From the NCBI GenBank assembly GCA_964575605.1, contig CAZNRN010000008.1, forward strand, positions 47,918 through 111,917: a stretch of 64,000 bases of DNA. The letters run 5' to 3'. Numbering within the stretch: the first letter of the stretch is position 1; the number at the start of each line of letters is the position of its first letter. A program made the translations under genes and the position numbers. Positions 9,376 through 21,840 of the stretch are shown in pieces. The notes beneath the pieces are model-generated. The model did not search any database. It saw only the letters and a list, made by a program, of their open reading frames with translations, and was not told where the DNA came from. This DNA is from an uncultured Micavibrio sp. Its GTDB lineage: Bacteria > Pseudomonadota > Alphaproteobacteria > Micavibrionales > UBA2020.

Positions 9376-12300
9376 ATGACCACGATGGAAATCGACGAAA
9401 AGAAATCGCGCCTTGGCGGTTTTCCCATCAACTCTGTCCTTATCCTGGCCGCAGCCATGGGCGCGCTGTACAAATACCAGACAATCCCCGCCGCGGTGCT
9501 GCTGACGCTGTCGGCCATGGTGGTTCTGCTGATTATCTTCGGCGAGCGTTTCAAGGCCGACCTCTGGCTTGAATCGCGCGGCATCCCGGGGCGCGAAGCG
9601 ATTTTGCCGCTTATCGCCATGGGCATCGCGATACATTTCGGCGCCGTGCACCTCGATACCATCCCGCGCGTCTTTTTTGAAAAAATCGACATCATCGTTT
9701 TCATTTTGTCGTTTGCGATTATCGCCGAAGGCATCGGGCGCTCGGGCTACTTCGCCTTTGCCGCCTATAAAATCGTGTACAAGTGCCAGGGCAATACCAC
9801 GCGCCTGATTTTGTACCTCTTTATCCTGACCTCCATCCTCACGCTCTTCACCTCGAACGACATCGTCGTGCTGGTGCTCACCCCCATCATCATCTCCGTC
9901 TGCGTGCATGCGGGCATCCGCAACACCAGGCTGTTGCTGCTGGCGCAGTTTATGGCCGCGAATACGCTTTCCATGGGGCTCCTCATCGGCTCGCCCACCA
10001 ACATCATCCTTGGCAAGGCGCTGCATATCGACTTTTTCAGCTACCTGGGGCTGATGCTTGTGCCTGCCATTATGTCGTGCATGCTCAGCATGATCGTCAT
10101 CGACTGGATGAACCACCAGTCGAAACCCGGCACCGGCGGGTTGTTCGTCAAGCGCTGGTCCTATACCGACACCTACCGCGTGCCTGCCTTCGCCAAGTCG
10201 GCGCATTTTACCGACCAGATGCAGCGCTGGCTGGTGCTCTTCTTTGCCGCTGTGGCCTGGCTTGCCGTCGTCTCGGCGATGGAATGGTCGCTGTTCTGCT
10301 CGGCCATCCCGACCGCGCTGATTTCGCTGTTCTATATCTACAAGGAAACCGTGCAGGAAAAAGGCAGTTCGGCCGCCGCGACGAAGGATATCGTTCACCT
10401 CATCCGCTTCCTGCCCTACAGCGTTTTCTTCTTCGCCATGTGCTTCTTCGTCTTCGCGGCAGAAATGGCGCAGCTGGATTACGTCGAAACCGTGCTGCTG
10501 CCCTTTATCAAGGAGCATTTCCTGCGCGATATCGTGCATGCATCGCTCAGCATGATTTTCCTCTCGGGCATACTGGTCAACATGCTGAACGACCTGCCCG
10601 CCGCGGCGCTGCTGTCGGAAATGCTGCAGCAGATGGAAGTCACCGGCGGCGCGCTAGGCGAATACATGCGCATCGTCATCATCCAGGCCTTCCTCGTCGG
10701 CCTTAACATCGGCTGCTATGTGACGCCGATCGGCGCGCTGGCGGGCATCCTGTGGTTCGATATCCTTAAAAAAGAAGAACGCAGGCAAAGAAAATTAATG
10801 GAACAGCACGGCGGCGTCGCGCAACGCGAAATGCTGATTCCCAGCCGCATGGACATGGTGCGCTACGGCTTGATGCACTTCACCTTTGTCGCGCTGGTGC
10901 TGGGTTACCTGCTGCCCTTCTTCATCCAGGTCATCGACCTGCTCATCAGCAGCCCCGAGCAGTCCAACAACAGCCCCCTGAACGGCATGCTGACCATTAA
11001 AAAGTACCTGCCATATATCGGTTTTGGCCTTCTGGCTTTTACCTTTATCACCTTCCGCAACGTGCTGCGCCGCGGCCATGTCCTGCTGGGCCATATGCGC
11101 GAGGTTTTCGTGGTGATGACCAAGGTCACCATCTGGGCGATGAAGAACCGCGGGCTTTATTTTGCCGTCATGGCGGGCATCCTGCTGGCGGGCGCCAGCG
11201 GCCTGCTCTACTGGTCGGAGGCCGCGCATGACGCCATCTATGGTTCCGCCGGCGCAAAGCCGCTGTTCGACAGCATCTCGGGTTTTATCCTCTGGGTGAT
11301 GGTCTTTACGGGTTCCGGCATGTCGGACGCCTTCAAGCCGCATTCGACGCTGGGCCTCGCGCTCACGTCGGTGCTGCCGCTGATGGTGATCGGCGGTATC
11401 GTCATCATGGCGCGCCTCTCGACCGACAAGAGCGTGACCAAGCTCTCGAAACGCCTCGCCAACGGCGAAATCCCGAGCTACCGCATCGTCATCATCAACT
11501 ACAACAACCGCTTCGAGAGCTTCGTGCGGAACGCGCTCTATACCTCCGATGCCTCGATCCTGCTGCTCTGCGACCATGCGCAGTATGACCAGGCGCTGTC
11601 GTTCGCGTCGGAAACCAACCAGACGCACCTGGGTTCCCACCGCCTCTATGCCGCGGTCAAGCACCCAGACCCCTACCACAACTTCCACGAATACCGCATC
11701 GAGCAGGCGGACGAGATTTACCTGCTGTCCGACATGACGACTCAGGGCGAGTACGAGAAACTGCGCTATGTCACCAAGCTCGACGCGCTGCTCAATTCGA
11801 CGCGCGTCACGGCGGTCGAGGGTGTCGACGCGGGCGTCGCAGGCGCGGGGCACGAGGACGCGACCGACAAGGATATCGACGACCTGGCCGGCATGCCGCG
11901 CATCTTCATCGAAACGCCGTCCGAGCGTTTCCGTGAACTGCTGCAACGCTCGAGCAGCCCGCTGATGCTGCGCACCGCCATCCAGGCGACGTTTGACAGC
12001 GACGTGGGCGATTACCTGATGTCCGACATGGACCAGGGCCTGAGCCAGCTGAACGGCTATTACCACACCGGCCGCCCCTCGCGCCTGCCGCAGCTCTTCG
12101 CCGACGGCAAGAGCCCGCTGGAAAAATTCACGCTGCGCGATTTCGAGCTGGACGCAAAAGGCAAGGAGCTGTTCCGCAAGCACTTCTCGGGCCTCGAGCC
12201 GCAGAAGGACGGCGGCGTGCCCGTGCAGCTGCGCGCGCTGAAGCAGTTTTCCATCGGCGTGCGGGCGAAGGTGGCCGACGGCACCTTTGGCGCAAGGTAC

Positions 12301-13389
12301 ATGGAAGGCAAGCAGGCGAAGGAAATCGACTACACCCGCCTGCTGGGCATGGGCATGCGCATCGGCGACAGCCTGATGCACATCGGCATCCCCTCGGCCG
12401 CGCTCTCCATGCAGGCCATCAAGGCTGAAAAAGTCATCATGCGCATGCCCGTCGACCAGGCGGTCGACGGCGGAGCGCCGGAAATGGCGGAGGAAGGCAA
12501 GGTCTTTATCTACAACTTCACCCCGCATTCGAAGAGTTTCGTCGAGCGCCTGCTGCCCGCCTACAAGGGCGAGAAGACAGCGCGCATCGTCATCATGGCC
12601 TTCCCCGACCAGATGGTGCCGGACGGCATCCGCGAAAGCCATGCCGTGCACGTAATGCAGATGGCGCAGACGGAGGAAATGATCAACCACATCTGCCCCC
12701 TGCCCGAAGCCCGCAAGCGCGCCGCGGCGAAGCAGCCGGCCAAGGCCCCCCTGACGCCCGTGCTGGAAAAAGGCGACCGCATCTACGTCTTCCTCGACTT
12801 CGACCGGCCGAACCCCGACACGCCCAGCATCGACTTCATCGACCGCCTCGACCGTCAGCTGAACATGCTGGCGGGGCAGCCCGGCGCGCTGACGCACCCC
12901 GACCTTTATATCGTCGTGGAAACCGCCAACCTCAACAGCCGTTCGCTGTTCGAGAACTTCTTCCTCGACAAGATCATCGACAGCTCGCTGCCGCGCCAGA
13001 ACTACATGGAGGTGTTGTCCAAGGTCTTCCACCGCGCGCTGTCCGACAAGACGCTGCTGGGCTTCGCGCATGGAACGGTGTCGCACTTCCACCTGTCGGC
13101 GAAGATCGCGGCATACCTGTGCCGTTACCACGTCAAATATGCCGAGGACGTGATATTGAAGGATCAGGCGGGCTCGGAAATCCGCATCGTCGGCAAGAGC
13201 TTCGCGCAGGCGGTGCATGAAATCCGCTCCTATTCCATGCCGCCGATGCAGCTGGTGGCGCGCGTGCGCCTGGTGCCGCATGCGGAGCAGGCGGGCAACC
13301 ATGTGCGCCGCAGCTTCCGCCTGGCCGAGGTGCCGGAGACGGAGCCGCTCACCGACGGCGACCTACTGCTCAACATCCCGATGCTGTAA
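9376..13389 (+). CDS. 1337-aa fusion: ArsB/NhaD (IT superfamily) permease + extra TM/pore-like segment + two RCK-like cytoplasmic domains
   Basis: Permease motifs are IDIIVFILSFAIIAEGIGRSGYF, LFTSNDIVVLVLTPIII and LLIGSPTNIILG. The later TM pair flanks FILWVMVFTGSGMSDAF, which is placed like a pore helix and filter. Then come RIVIINYNNRFESFVRNAL and KVFIYNFTPHSKSFVERLL, starts of duplicated Rossmann-like units. Confidence 0.75.
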   Translation: MTTMEIDEKKSRLGGFPINSVLILAAAMGALYKYQTIPAAVLLTLSAMVVLLIIFGERFKADLWLESRGIPGREAILPLIAMGIAIHFGAVHLDTIPRVFFEKIDIIVFILSFAIIAEGIGRSGYFAFAAYKIVYKCQGNTTRLILYLFILTSILTLFTSNDIVVLVLTPIIISVCVHAGIRNTRLLLLAQFMAANTLSMGLLIGSPTNIILGKALHIDFFSYLGLMLVPAIMSCMLSMIVIDWMNHQSKPGTGGLFVKRWSYTDTYRVPAFAKSAHFTDQMQRWLVLFFAAVAWLAVVSAMEWSLFCSAIPTALISLFYIYKETVQEKGSSAAATKDIVHLIRFLPYSVFFFAMCFFVFAAEMAQLDYVETVLLPFIKEHFLRDIVHASLSMIFLSGILVNMLNDLPAAALLSEMLQQMEVTGGALGEYMRIVIIQAFLVGLNIGCYVTPIGALAGILWFDILKKEERRQRKLMEQHGGVAQREMLIPSRMDMVRYGLMHFTFVALVLGYLLPFFIQVIDLLISSPEQSNNSPLNGMLTIKKYLPYIGFGLLAFTFITFRNVLRRGHVLLGHMREVFVVMTKVTIWAMKNRGLYFAVMAGILLAGASGLLYWSEAAHDAIYGSAGAKPLFDSISGFILWVMVFTGSGMSDAFKPHSTLGLALTSVLPLMVIGGIVIMARLSTDKSVTKLSKRLANGEIPSYRIVIINYNNRFESFVRNALYTSDASILLLCDHAQYDQALSFASETNQTHLGSHRLYAAVKHPDPYHNFHEYRIEQADEIYLLSDMTTQGEYEKLRYVTKLDALLNSTRVTAVEGVDAGVAGAGHEDATDKDIDDLAGMPRIFIETPSERFRELLQRSSSPLMLRTAIQATFDSDVGDYLMSDMDQGLSQLNGYYHTGRPSRLPQLFADGKSPLEKFTLRDFELDAKGKELFRKHFSGLEPQKDGGVPVQLRALKQFSIGVRAKVADGTFGARYMEGKQAKEIDYTRLLGMGMRIGDSLMHIGIPSAALSMQAIKAEKVIMRMPVDQAVDGGAPEMAEEGKVFIYNFTPHSKSFVERLLPAYKGEKTARIVIMAFPDQMVPDGIRESHAVHVMQMAQTEEMINHICPLPEARKRAAAKQPAKAPLTPVLEKGDRIYVFLDFDRPNPDTPSIDFIDRLDRQLNMLAGQPGALTHPDLYIVVETANLNSRSLFENFFLDKIIDSSLPRQNYMEVLSKVFHRALSDKTLLGFAHGTVSHFHLSAKIAAYLCRYHVKYAEDVILKDQAGSEIRIVGKSFAQAVHEIRSYSMPPMQLVARVRLVPHAEQAGNHVRRSFRLAEVPETEPLTDGDLLLNIPML

Positions 13390-14780
13390 TGGCAGGCGCC
13401 CCCGCTTCATTCATGGCGAAGGGACAGCGGCGCGAGATGGCCTATAACGGCCCCATGCGCTCGGGCCTTGTCATCGACAGCCGCGCGCTGCTGGTCAGGG
13501 GCTACGAGGTCTACCAGACCGAACTGCTGAACAAACTGAACCCCGCGGGCAGCGGCCAGTGGTACGCGCCGCATATGCAGAACCGCGGCAATAAAATGCA
13601 GATCGACGTCGACACGCGCCGCGGCCGCACCATTTTGCCCGGCTATTTCATCGCGCGCGGCATCGCAGGCGATGCGCTGGCATCGCTGCTGGCGCAGCAC
13701 GGGCTGAAAGGCACGCTCGATGCCCCCGATAACGCCGCCACCTTCCACCTCACCGCCGTCGATATCAGGCTCTACGACATGGGCTATGGCTCCGCCACCT
13801 TTACGGGCGAGATCGAAGCGCACAGGGATATGGATGTCGAGGAATACCGCGAGGCGGCCGAGAAAATCGGATCATTGCTGGCCGATTTCCGCCCCGTCTT
13901 CGTCAGCACGTTTGAACAGGTGTCGGAGGCCGTCGACAATACCTTCGTCGCGCTCAGCTTTCACGGGTTGCGTCCCACCAACAGCTACTGGCGCAACAGC
14001 CACCTGGGGCAGAACATCGGCGACCTGTTCTGGGTGCATCGTCTTTTTTCCATCGAATGCCAGAACCACCAGCAGTTCACGCGCAAGAAAGATCTGTGCA
14101 AGCGCCTTGTGGTGTCGGAGGCCGCCGAGGCGCTCGAGGACATGTCGATCGAGCCCGCCATGGCGGTTTACCCCGGCAACGGCAATTCGGCGGTGATTTT
14201 CGAAAAGGGCAAGGTCAAGCCGCAGGATATCGCCGCGCTGACCAGCATGGTGCGCGCGCAGAATATATTCTATGTCGCCGCCGAAGACATCGACCGCGAC
14301 ATGTTCTACCTGTCGAACGAGCTTGACCGCCAGAAACATTCCAAAAACATGTCGCTGCTGGAAAAACAATCCGAAGTCATCGTCGATTACCAGTCCAAGG
14401 TCACGTTCTTCAGGGCGATTTACGACGATTTCGACAACAGCCTCGACCCGCAGGGCCTGAAAATCTGGCATGCGCTGGAAAAATCATGGGCGACGCGCGA
14501 CCGTTTCGCCAACATGAACACGAAACTGGAACTGGTGGAAAAAATCTATAACCGCATCCGCGAAAACCTGAACCACCTGCAGAACAAGCGCATCGGCGCC
14601 TTCATGCTGGTCTTCACGCTGATCTCGACGCTGTCGGTCATCGTCGACACGGTCGATTTCACGCAAGGCGCGGATTTGAAATACCCCAGCCTGCTCCGCA
14701 TCGGCGTGCTGGGCATGCTGCTGCTGGTGGTGGTCTTCTGCGCCGTGGCGCTGATGAAAGGCGTACGCCGGAAAGTTTAA
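13389..14780 (+). CDS. hypothetical membrane-anchored protein (large cytoplasmic domain, coiled coil, two C-terminal TM helices)
   Basis: 463 aa. The start overlaps the stop of the upstream gene (TAATG at 13387-13391). The C-terminus [21 protein letters not shown] ... [22 protein letters not shown] gives a CorA-like topology, but no GMN motif is present. Confidence 0.7.
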   Translation: MAGAPASFMAKGQRREMAYNGPMRSGLVIDSRALLVRGYEVYQTELLNKLNPAGSGQWYAPHMQNRGNKMQIDVDTRRGRTILPGYFIARGIAGDALASLLAQHGLKGTLDAPDNAATFHLTAVDIRLYDMGYGSATFTGEIEAHRDMDVEEYREAAEKIGSLLADFRPVFVSTFEQVSEAVDNTFVALSFHGLRPTNSYWRNSHLGQNIGDLFWVHRLFSIECQNHQQFTRKKDLCKRLVVSEAAEALEDMSIEPAMAVYPGNGNSAVIFEKGKVKPQDIAALTSMVRAQNIFYVAAEDIDRDMFYLSNELDRQKHSKNMSLLEKQSEVIVDYQSKVTFFRAIYDDFDNSLDPQGLKIWHALEKSWATRDRFANMNTKLELVEKIYNRIRENLNHLQNKRIGAFMLVFTLISTLSVIVDTVDFTQGADLKYPSLLRIGVLGMLLLVVVFCAVALMKGVRRKV

Positions 14781-15055
14781 AGACGAAACTTGCCCTTCGA
14801 CGCCGGGCCGCAGCAGCGCACGTCGTCGCGGTTGCGCAGTTCGTTCACAATCGCCCAGTCGATATCCTTCACCCAGAAGGTGCCGGTCAGCGCGACGGCG
14901 ATCTTGCCCTTGCCGTGCTTGTTGAAAACTTTTTTCAGCTCGGTCACCGCCTCGCCATGCGGAATGTCCATCATGACGATGAATTCATCGGTCGGCTTGA
15001 TGGGGTTCGCCTTCTGGTATTCGGGGCGGTCGCTGGGCGTCAGGGGCAAAGCCAT
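14777..15055 (-). CDS. hypothetical small protein (92 aa)
   Basis: The composition is balanced and protein-like, unlike the overlapping + ORF 14790..15077. No family recognised. Confidence 0.5.
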   Translation of the reverse strand: MALPLTPSDRPEYQKANPIKPTDEFIVMMDIPHGEAVTELKKVFNKHGKGKIAVALTGTFWVKDIDWAIVNELRNRDDVRCCGPASKGKFRL

Positions 15056-15208
15056 GGCTGCAATCCTTGTTTATTGAAACACGGCGAGTATAAAGGGTTT
15101 TGGTTTCCATATCAACGCCTTTTTACCCCTTTGAAAAACCGAATCAATTGCGCCCGCAGGGGCCCTTCGGGGATACTCGGCATCATCATTTGCGAAGAAA
15201 GGCCCCGC

Positions 15209-16810
<1,602 letters not shown>

Positions 16811-16813
16811 AGT

Positions 16814-17431
16814 ATGGAATCGTCTATCCGCAGGAAGATCACCGAGCATCTTGCCAATCCTATAAATACAGAGTGTAAAGCAGTTTATTTGTTATGTGAG
16901 CTGCGAAAGCTGTACGACGGCCAAAGGGATGGAATCCCTTTTACATTGCAGATGTGTATTGATTGGGCACTTCATACGGAGCTCAATGGCAAGGGCGCAC
17001 AAAATTTTTTACTTGATGTGGATAAATTTGTAGAAAGCCACTTAAATGGCAACACGGATATCTGCCACGAACACAAAACATTTGAAAATTTTTTATTTAT
17101 TGGTGACTTTAAAGTAGCGCTCAAAGACTTTTTGCTGTCAGAGGGCATCCCCACAGAGATTTGTGATGAAGAGAGCAAGTGGTCTCAATTTATCGCGGCC
17201 TATTCAGGCGTAATTGAAGATGGCAGCTTAAAATACAAAGCCGATGCGCCCTTGAAATTTATCTCGGAAGTTAAGTTCACCAAAGGACGAGCGATAAGCA
17301 ATTCGGATCTCCCATTTGAAATGAGTTGGGAAATTAGGCTACGCGATGGAAGAAAATTAATATCTTCTTTGTCTTGCAACTCAAAGAAAGGCTTTATATT
17401 CCACGCCTCTGAGCTAATTGCCGCGGTATGA
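16814..17431 (+). CDS. hypothetical protein in the low-GC islet
   Basis: 205 aa. It starts 3 nt after the guaA stop. The region is AT-rich, and no family was recognised. Confidence 0.6.
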   Translation: MESSIRRKITEHLANPINTECKAVYLLCELRKLYDGQRDGIPFTLQMCIDWALHTELNGKGAQNFLLDVDKFVESHLNGNTDICHEHKTFENFLFIGDFKVALKDFLLSEGIPTEICDEESKWSQFIAAYSGVIEDGSLKYKADAPLKFISEVKFTKGRAISNSDLPFEMSWEIRLRDGRKLISSLSCNSKKGFIFHASELIAAV

Positions 17432-18099
17432 TTCTTTATTTTTCAAATATAAGAGCCGGACAATTCATAAAAATGAATAATAGCCTTCTCGCGGCTGGAT
17501 TTGTTCTGGTTAGCTTTGTACTTTTTTACAACTCAAGCTTCGCTGGTGAAAATGGCGAATTGACGTTTACCTATACCCATAGTGGATTAGATTGCGGCAA
17601 AGATGGCGCGGGCGAGGAAAAAGAAAACAATTTCACAATAAAGGAGCTTCCCGAATTCTCCGATTATCCCGCAGAAGAGAAATCGGACAAGCTGCTTGAA
17701 TACGCCCAGATAGAAACTCACCCCGACGAATATCACCATTTAGCTGTGCGGCCTGATAAAAAATATGGCGCAAATTTCAACGGGCACTATTTTGTAGTTT
17801 CGGGCAATGTGGCGCAATGCACAGGCTGTGCTTACGCTGAAATCTTTGACACAATCACGGGTAAAAAATTAGGAAAACTGGATAACTATCAGGGGTTCAT
17901 GCCGCCGAAATTCAATATGAACAGCAGCCTCATCATAGAGAACCTGCCGGAGCAAGGCTCCGACTTATGCGTCTTTAACTCGATGCCCCCCATCAACTTT
18001 TACCAGGTAAAAAATAACGAGCTAGTAAAAATCAAAGAAGTGAAATTATTCGAAACGGAAGAATATAAAAAACTCGTTTCTTCGCTATCAAACCAATAA
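17428..18099 (+). CDS. hypothetical exported protein in the low-GC islet
   Basis: ATGA overlap with the previous ORF; an alternative start is MNNSLL at 17473. Signal-peptide-like LLAAGFVLVSFVLFYNSSFAGE. The motif ANFNGHYFVVSGNVAQCTGCAYAEIFDTITGK resembles a recurrent periplasmic hypothetical family (FAGHY...GCG..C....D..TG). Confidence 0.6.
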   Translation: MILYFSNIRAGQFIKMNNSLLAAGFVLVSFVLFYNSSFAGENGELTFTYTHSGLDCGKDGAGEEKENNFTIKELPEFSDYPAEEKSDKLLEYAQIETHPDEYHHLAVRPDKKYGANFNGHYFVVSGNVAQCTGCAYAEIFDTITGKKLGKLDNYQGFMPPKFNMNSSLIIENLPEQGSDLCVFNSMPPINFYQVKNNELVKIKEVKLFETEEYKKLVSSLSNQ

Positions 18100-18125
18100 T
18101 CGCCCTTTTTTAGGCTCACCCCCAT

Positions 18126-18143
18126 TCCAATCGATCGATTGGA
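18126..18143. repeat. perfect 18-bp palindrome TCCAATCGATCGATTGGA
   Basis: Verified base by base. Lies 27 nt downstream of the islet's last stop codon. Confidence 0.9.
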
Positions 18144-18166
18144 CGCTGCCCCGTTTCCGGCAGCCG

Positions 18167-18233
18167 TGATGCGGTTCTTGTGCGGCGCTGATGCGGTTCT
18201 GATGGCGCGCTGATGGCGTTCCTGGGCGGTGCC
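18167..18233. repeat. degenerate 10-12 bp tandem repeat, about 6 units
   Basis: Units are tgatgcggttct / tgtgcggcgc / tgatgcggttc / tgatggcgcgc / tgatggcgttcc / tgggcggtgcc. They lie in the guaB upstream intergenic region. Confidence 0.6.
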
Positions 18234-18246
18234 AGGACGGCGCTAG

Positions 18247-19980
<1,734 letters not shown>

Positions 19981-19995
19981 GGCCGGATTCAGGTG

Positions 19996-20025
19996 TTGAC
20001 TCCGGGTGGCCGGTTATTATATAAA
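19996..20025 (+). promoter_or_regulatory. sigma70-like promoter for the mntP leader
   Basis: TTGACT (19996-20001), an 18-nt spacer, then TATAAA (20020-20025). This predicts a transcription start just before riboswitch stem P1 at 20031. Confidence 0.5.
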
Positions 20026-20030
20026 ATCCC

Positions 20031-20134
20031 TATTGGGGAGTAGCCTCCACAGCCTCCCGGTGGGATGAAGCCAACATACTTGCATTTCGATGCATGGTTT
20101 CATCAGCGGATTTATCCGCCTGGCAAGACCAATA
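20031..20134 (+). promoter_or_regulatory. yybP-ykoY (Mn2+) riboswitch aptamer
   Basis: The conserved blocks GGGGAGTAGC (20035-20044), CAACATAC (20072-20079) and GGCAAGACC (20122-20130) are in the canonical order. Helices verified by hand: P1 TATTGG/CCAATA (20031-36/20129-34), GATGAA/TTCATC (20064-69/20099-104) enclosing TGCAT-ttcg-ATGCA, and GCGGA-ttta-TCCGC (20106-20119). It lies directly upstream of mntP, the classic regulated gene. Confidence 0.85.
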
Positions 20135-20182
20135 CAGCGCGAAAGCCTTTACCGGCTTGTCTTTCGCAGGCTGTATTGTGTC

Positions 20183-20767
20183 ATGAAGCCGGCGGAGATT
20201 ACAAAAGTGGGCATCCTTTCCACCGCCATCCTCGCTTTCAGCATGTCGACCGACGCCTTCGCCGTGTCCATCGGGAAGGGCGCGGGCCTGCACAAACCGC
20301 AGCTGAAGGAAGCCTTCCGCACCGGCGCGATTTTCGGCGCGGTCGAGGCCTCGACCCCCGTGATCGGCTGGCTGCTGGGATTGGCCGCCAGCACGCATGT
20401 CGAAAGCGTCGACCACTGGATCGCGTTTTTCGTGCTGGGCGGCATCGGCGTGAAGATGATTGTCGAGGCCTTCAAGGGTTCCGCAGGCGAAAAACCGCGC
20501 AGCCACAGCATCGGCCGCCTCGCCCTGACAGCGCTTGGCACCAGCATCGATTCGATGGCGGTGGGTGTGAGTTTATCGGTTCTGGGCGCGCCGATTGCGA
20601 TCACCGCCGCCAGCATCGGCCTTGCGACCTTTACCATGGTGACGCTGGGCCTGATGACCGGCCAGTACCTGGGAAGCCGCTTCGGCAAGGGCGCGGAGCT
20701 CTGCGGCGGCGCGGCGCTGCTGTTCCTGGGCACCAAAATACTGCTGGAGCATTTGGGATACATCTAA
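20183..20767 (+). CDS. mntP: manganese efflux pump MntP
   Basis: Two DUF204-type repeats (SMSTDAFAVSIGKG and GTSIDSMAVGVS), about 6 TM helices and a riboswitch upstream. The start was moved to MKPAEI (20183). Confidence 0.85.
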   Translation: MKPAEITKVGILSTAILAFSMSTDAFAVSIGKGAGLHKPQLKEAFRTGAIFGAVEASTPVIGWLLGLAASTHVESVDHWIAFFVLGGIGVKMIVEAFKGSAGEKPRSHSIGRLALTALGTSIDSMAVGVSLSVLGAPIAITAASIGLATFTMVTLGLMTGQYLGSRFGKGAELCGGAALLFLGTKILLEHLGYI

Positions 20768-20798
20768 AGTTTACTACTCCGTCCTTACACACGGAGCA

Positions 20799-20833
20799 GG
20801 CGGGAGCGACTGGACGCGCTCCCGCCTTTTTTT
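20799..20833 (+). terminator. Rho-independent terminator after mntP
   Basis: GGCGGGAGCG (20799-20808), an 8-nt loop, CGCTCCCGCC (20817-20826), then TTTTTTT (20827-20833). An A-run on the other side could let it also serve the convergent purM. Confidence 0.85.
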
Positions 20834-20834
20834 A

Positions 20835-21839
20835 TCAGCAGCTGAAATCCTGCGTGGGCGTCTTGATAACCGCCATGCCGTTACCCGCCACGACCTGCCC
20901 GATCATCCAATAGGGTTCCTTCATATTGCGGAGTTTTTCGGCCAGTTTAGCGGGCTGCGAGGTCGCCACGACAAAACCGATGCCCATGTTGAACGTTTCA
21001 TACAGGTCCTTGCCGTCGAGGCCCGAGCGTTTGACCAGCTCGGCAAAAACCGGCGGAATTTCATCAAGCGCCGGCAGGGTTTCGATTTTGTAATCAAAGC
21101 CCATATTCATGCGCGGGATGTTCGATAAGCCCCCGCCCGTGATATGCGCCATGCCGTTCACCAGCGGCAAAATATCGCGCACCACCGGCCAGTAGATGCG
21201 GGTCGGCACCAGCGCTTCCTGCAGCCATTTCTTTTCGTCTTCTTTAAACAACTTCCGCACCAGCGAATAGCCGTTGGAATGCACGCCTGACGACGGCAAG
21301 GCGAAAAGCGTATCGCCCGCCTTCACCTTAGAACCGTCCAGCAAATCGGCCTTCATCACTTCGCCGACGCAGAAACCGGCAAGGTCGTATTCGCCTGCGT
21401 CATAAAGCCCCGGCATTTCGGCGGTTTCGCCGCCGATAAGCGCGCATTCGGACTGTTTGCAGCCCTCCACCACGCCCTTGATGATGTCTTCGGCGGTTTT
21501 CAGCTCGAGCTTTCCGGTGGCGAGGTAATCGAGGAAGAACAGCGGCTTGGCGCCCGTGCAGATGACGTCGTTGACGCACATCGCCACCAAATCGATACCG
21601 ATGGTATCGTGCTTGTTCAGCCCCTGCGCCAGTTTAACCTTGGTGCCGCAGCCGTCAGTGCCGGTGGCCAGCAGTTTGTCTGCCGCTATTTCATAGAGCG
21701 CGGCAAAGCCGCCCACGCCCGACACGACCCGGTTGTTATAGGTCGATTTGACGCGTTCCTTGATGCGCTCGACAAAGGCGTCGCCACGCTCGATATCTAC
21801 GCCGGCGTCCTTATAGGTTACTTTCTGTGTTTGCGTCAT
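20835..21839 (-). CDS. purM: phosphoribosylformylglycinamidine cyclo-ligase (AIR synthetase)
   Basis: YKDAGVDIERGDAFVERIK, GGFAALY and GTDGCGTKVKLA. Confidence 0.92.
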   Translation of the reverse strand: MTQTQKVTYKDAGVDIERGDAFVERIKERVKSTYNNRVVSGVGGFAALYEIAADKLLATGTDGCGTKVKLAQGLNKHDTIGIDLVAMCVNDVICTGAKPLFFLDYLATGKLELKTAEDIIKGVVEGCKQSECALIGGETAEMPGLYDAGEYDLAGFCVGEVMKADLLDGSKVKAGDTLFALPSSGVHSNGYSLVRKLFKEDEKKWLQEALVPTRIYWPVVRDILPLVNGMAHITGGGLSNIPRMNMGFDYKIETLPALDEIPPVFAELVKRSGLDGKDLYETFNMGIGFVVATSQPAKLAEKLRNMKEPYWMIGQVVAGNGMAVIKTPTQDFSC

Positions 21840-21840
21840 C

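Noticed and set aside
10795-13302. 835-aa minus-strand ORF, the longest alternative ORF in the window
   Set aside because: It is antisense to the 1337-aa transporter fusion. Its composition is low-complexity and dominated by R/A/G/H/V/D, with no motifs. The same reasoning applies to 9325..10539, 5461..7128, 33793..34929, 35029..36960, 36987..38126, 38140..39450, 42006..43103, 43178..44269, 51504..53411, 60653..61993 and 62128..63231.
14915-15208. N-terminal 98-codon extension of guaA given by the ORF track
   Set aside because: The extension has no GuaA-like sequence and overlaps the more protein-like minus-strand ORF 14777..15055. GuaA homology starts at MPATAAK...IVILDFGSQ.
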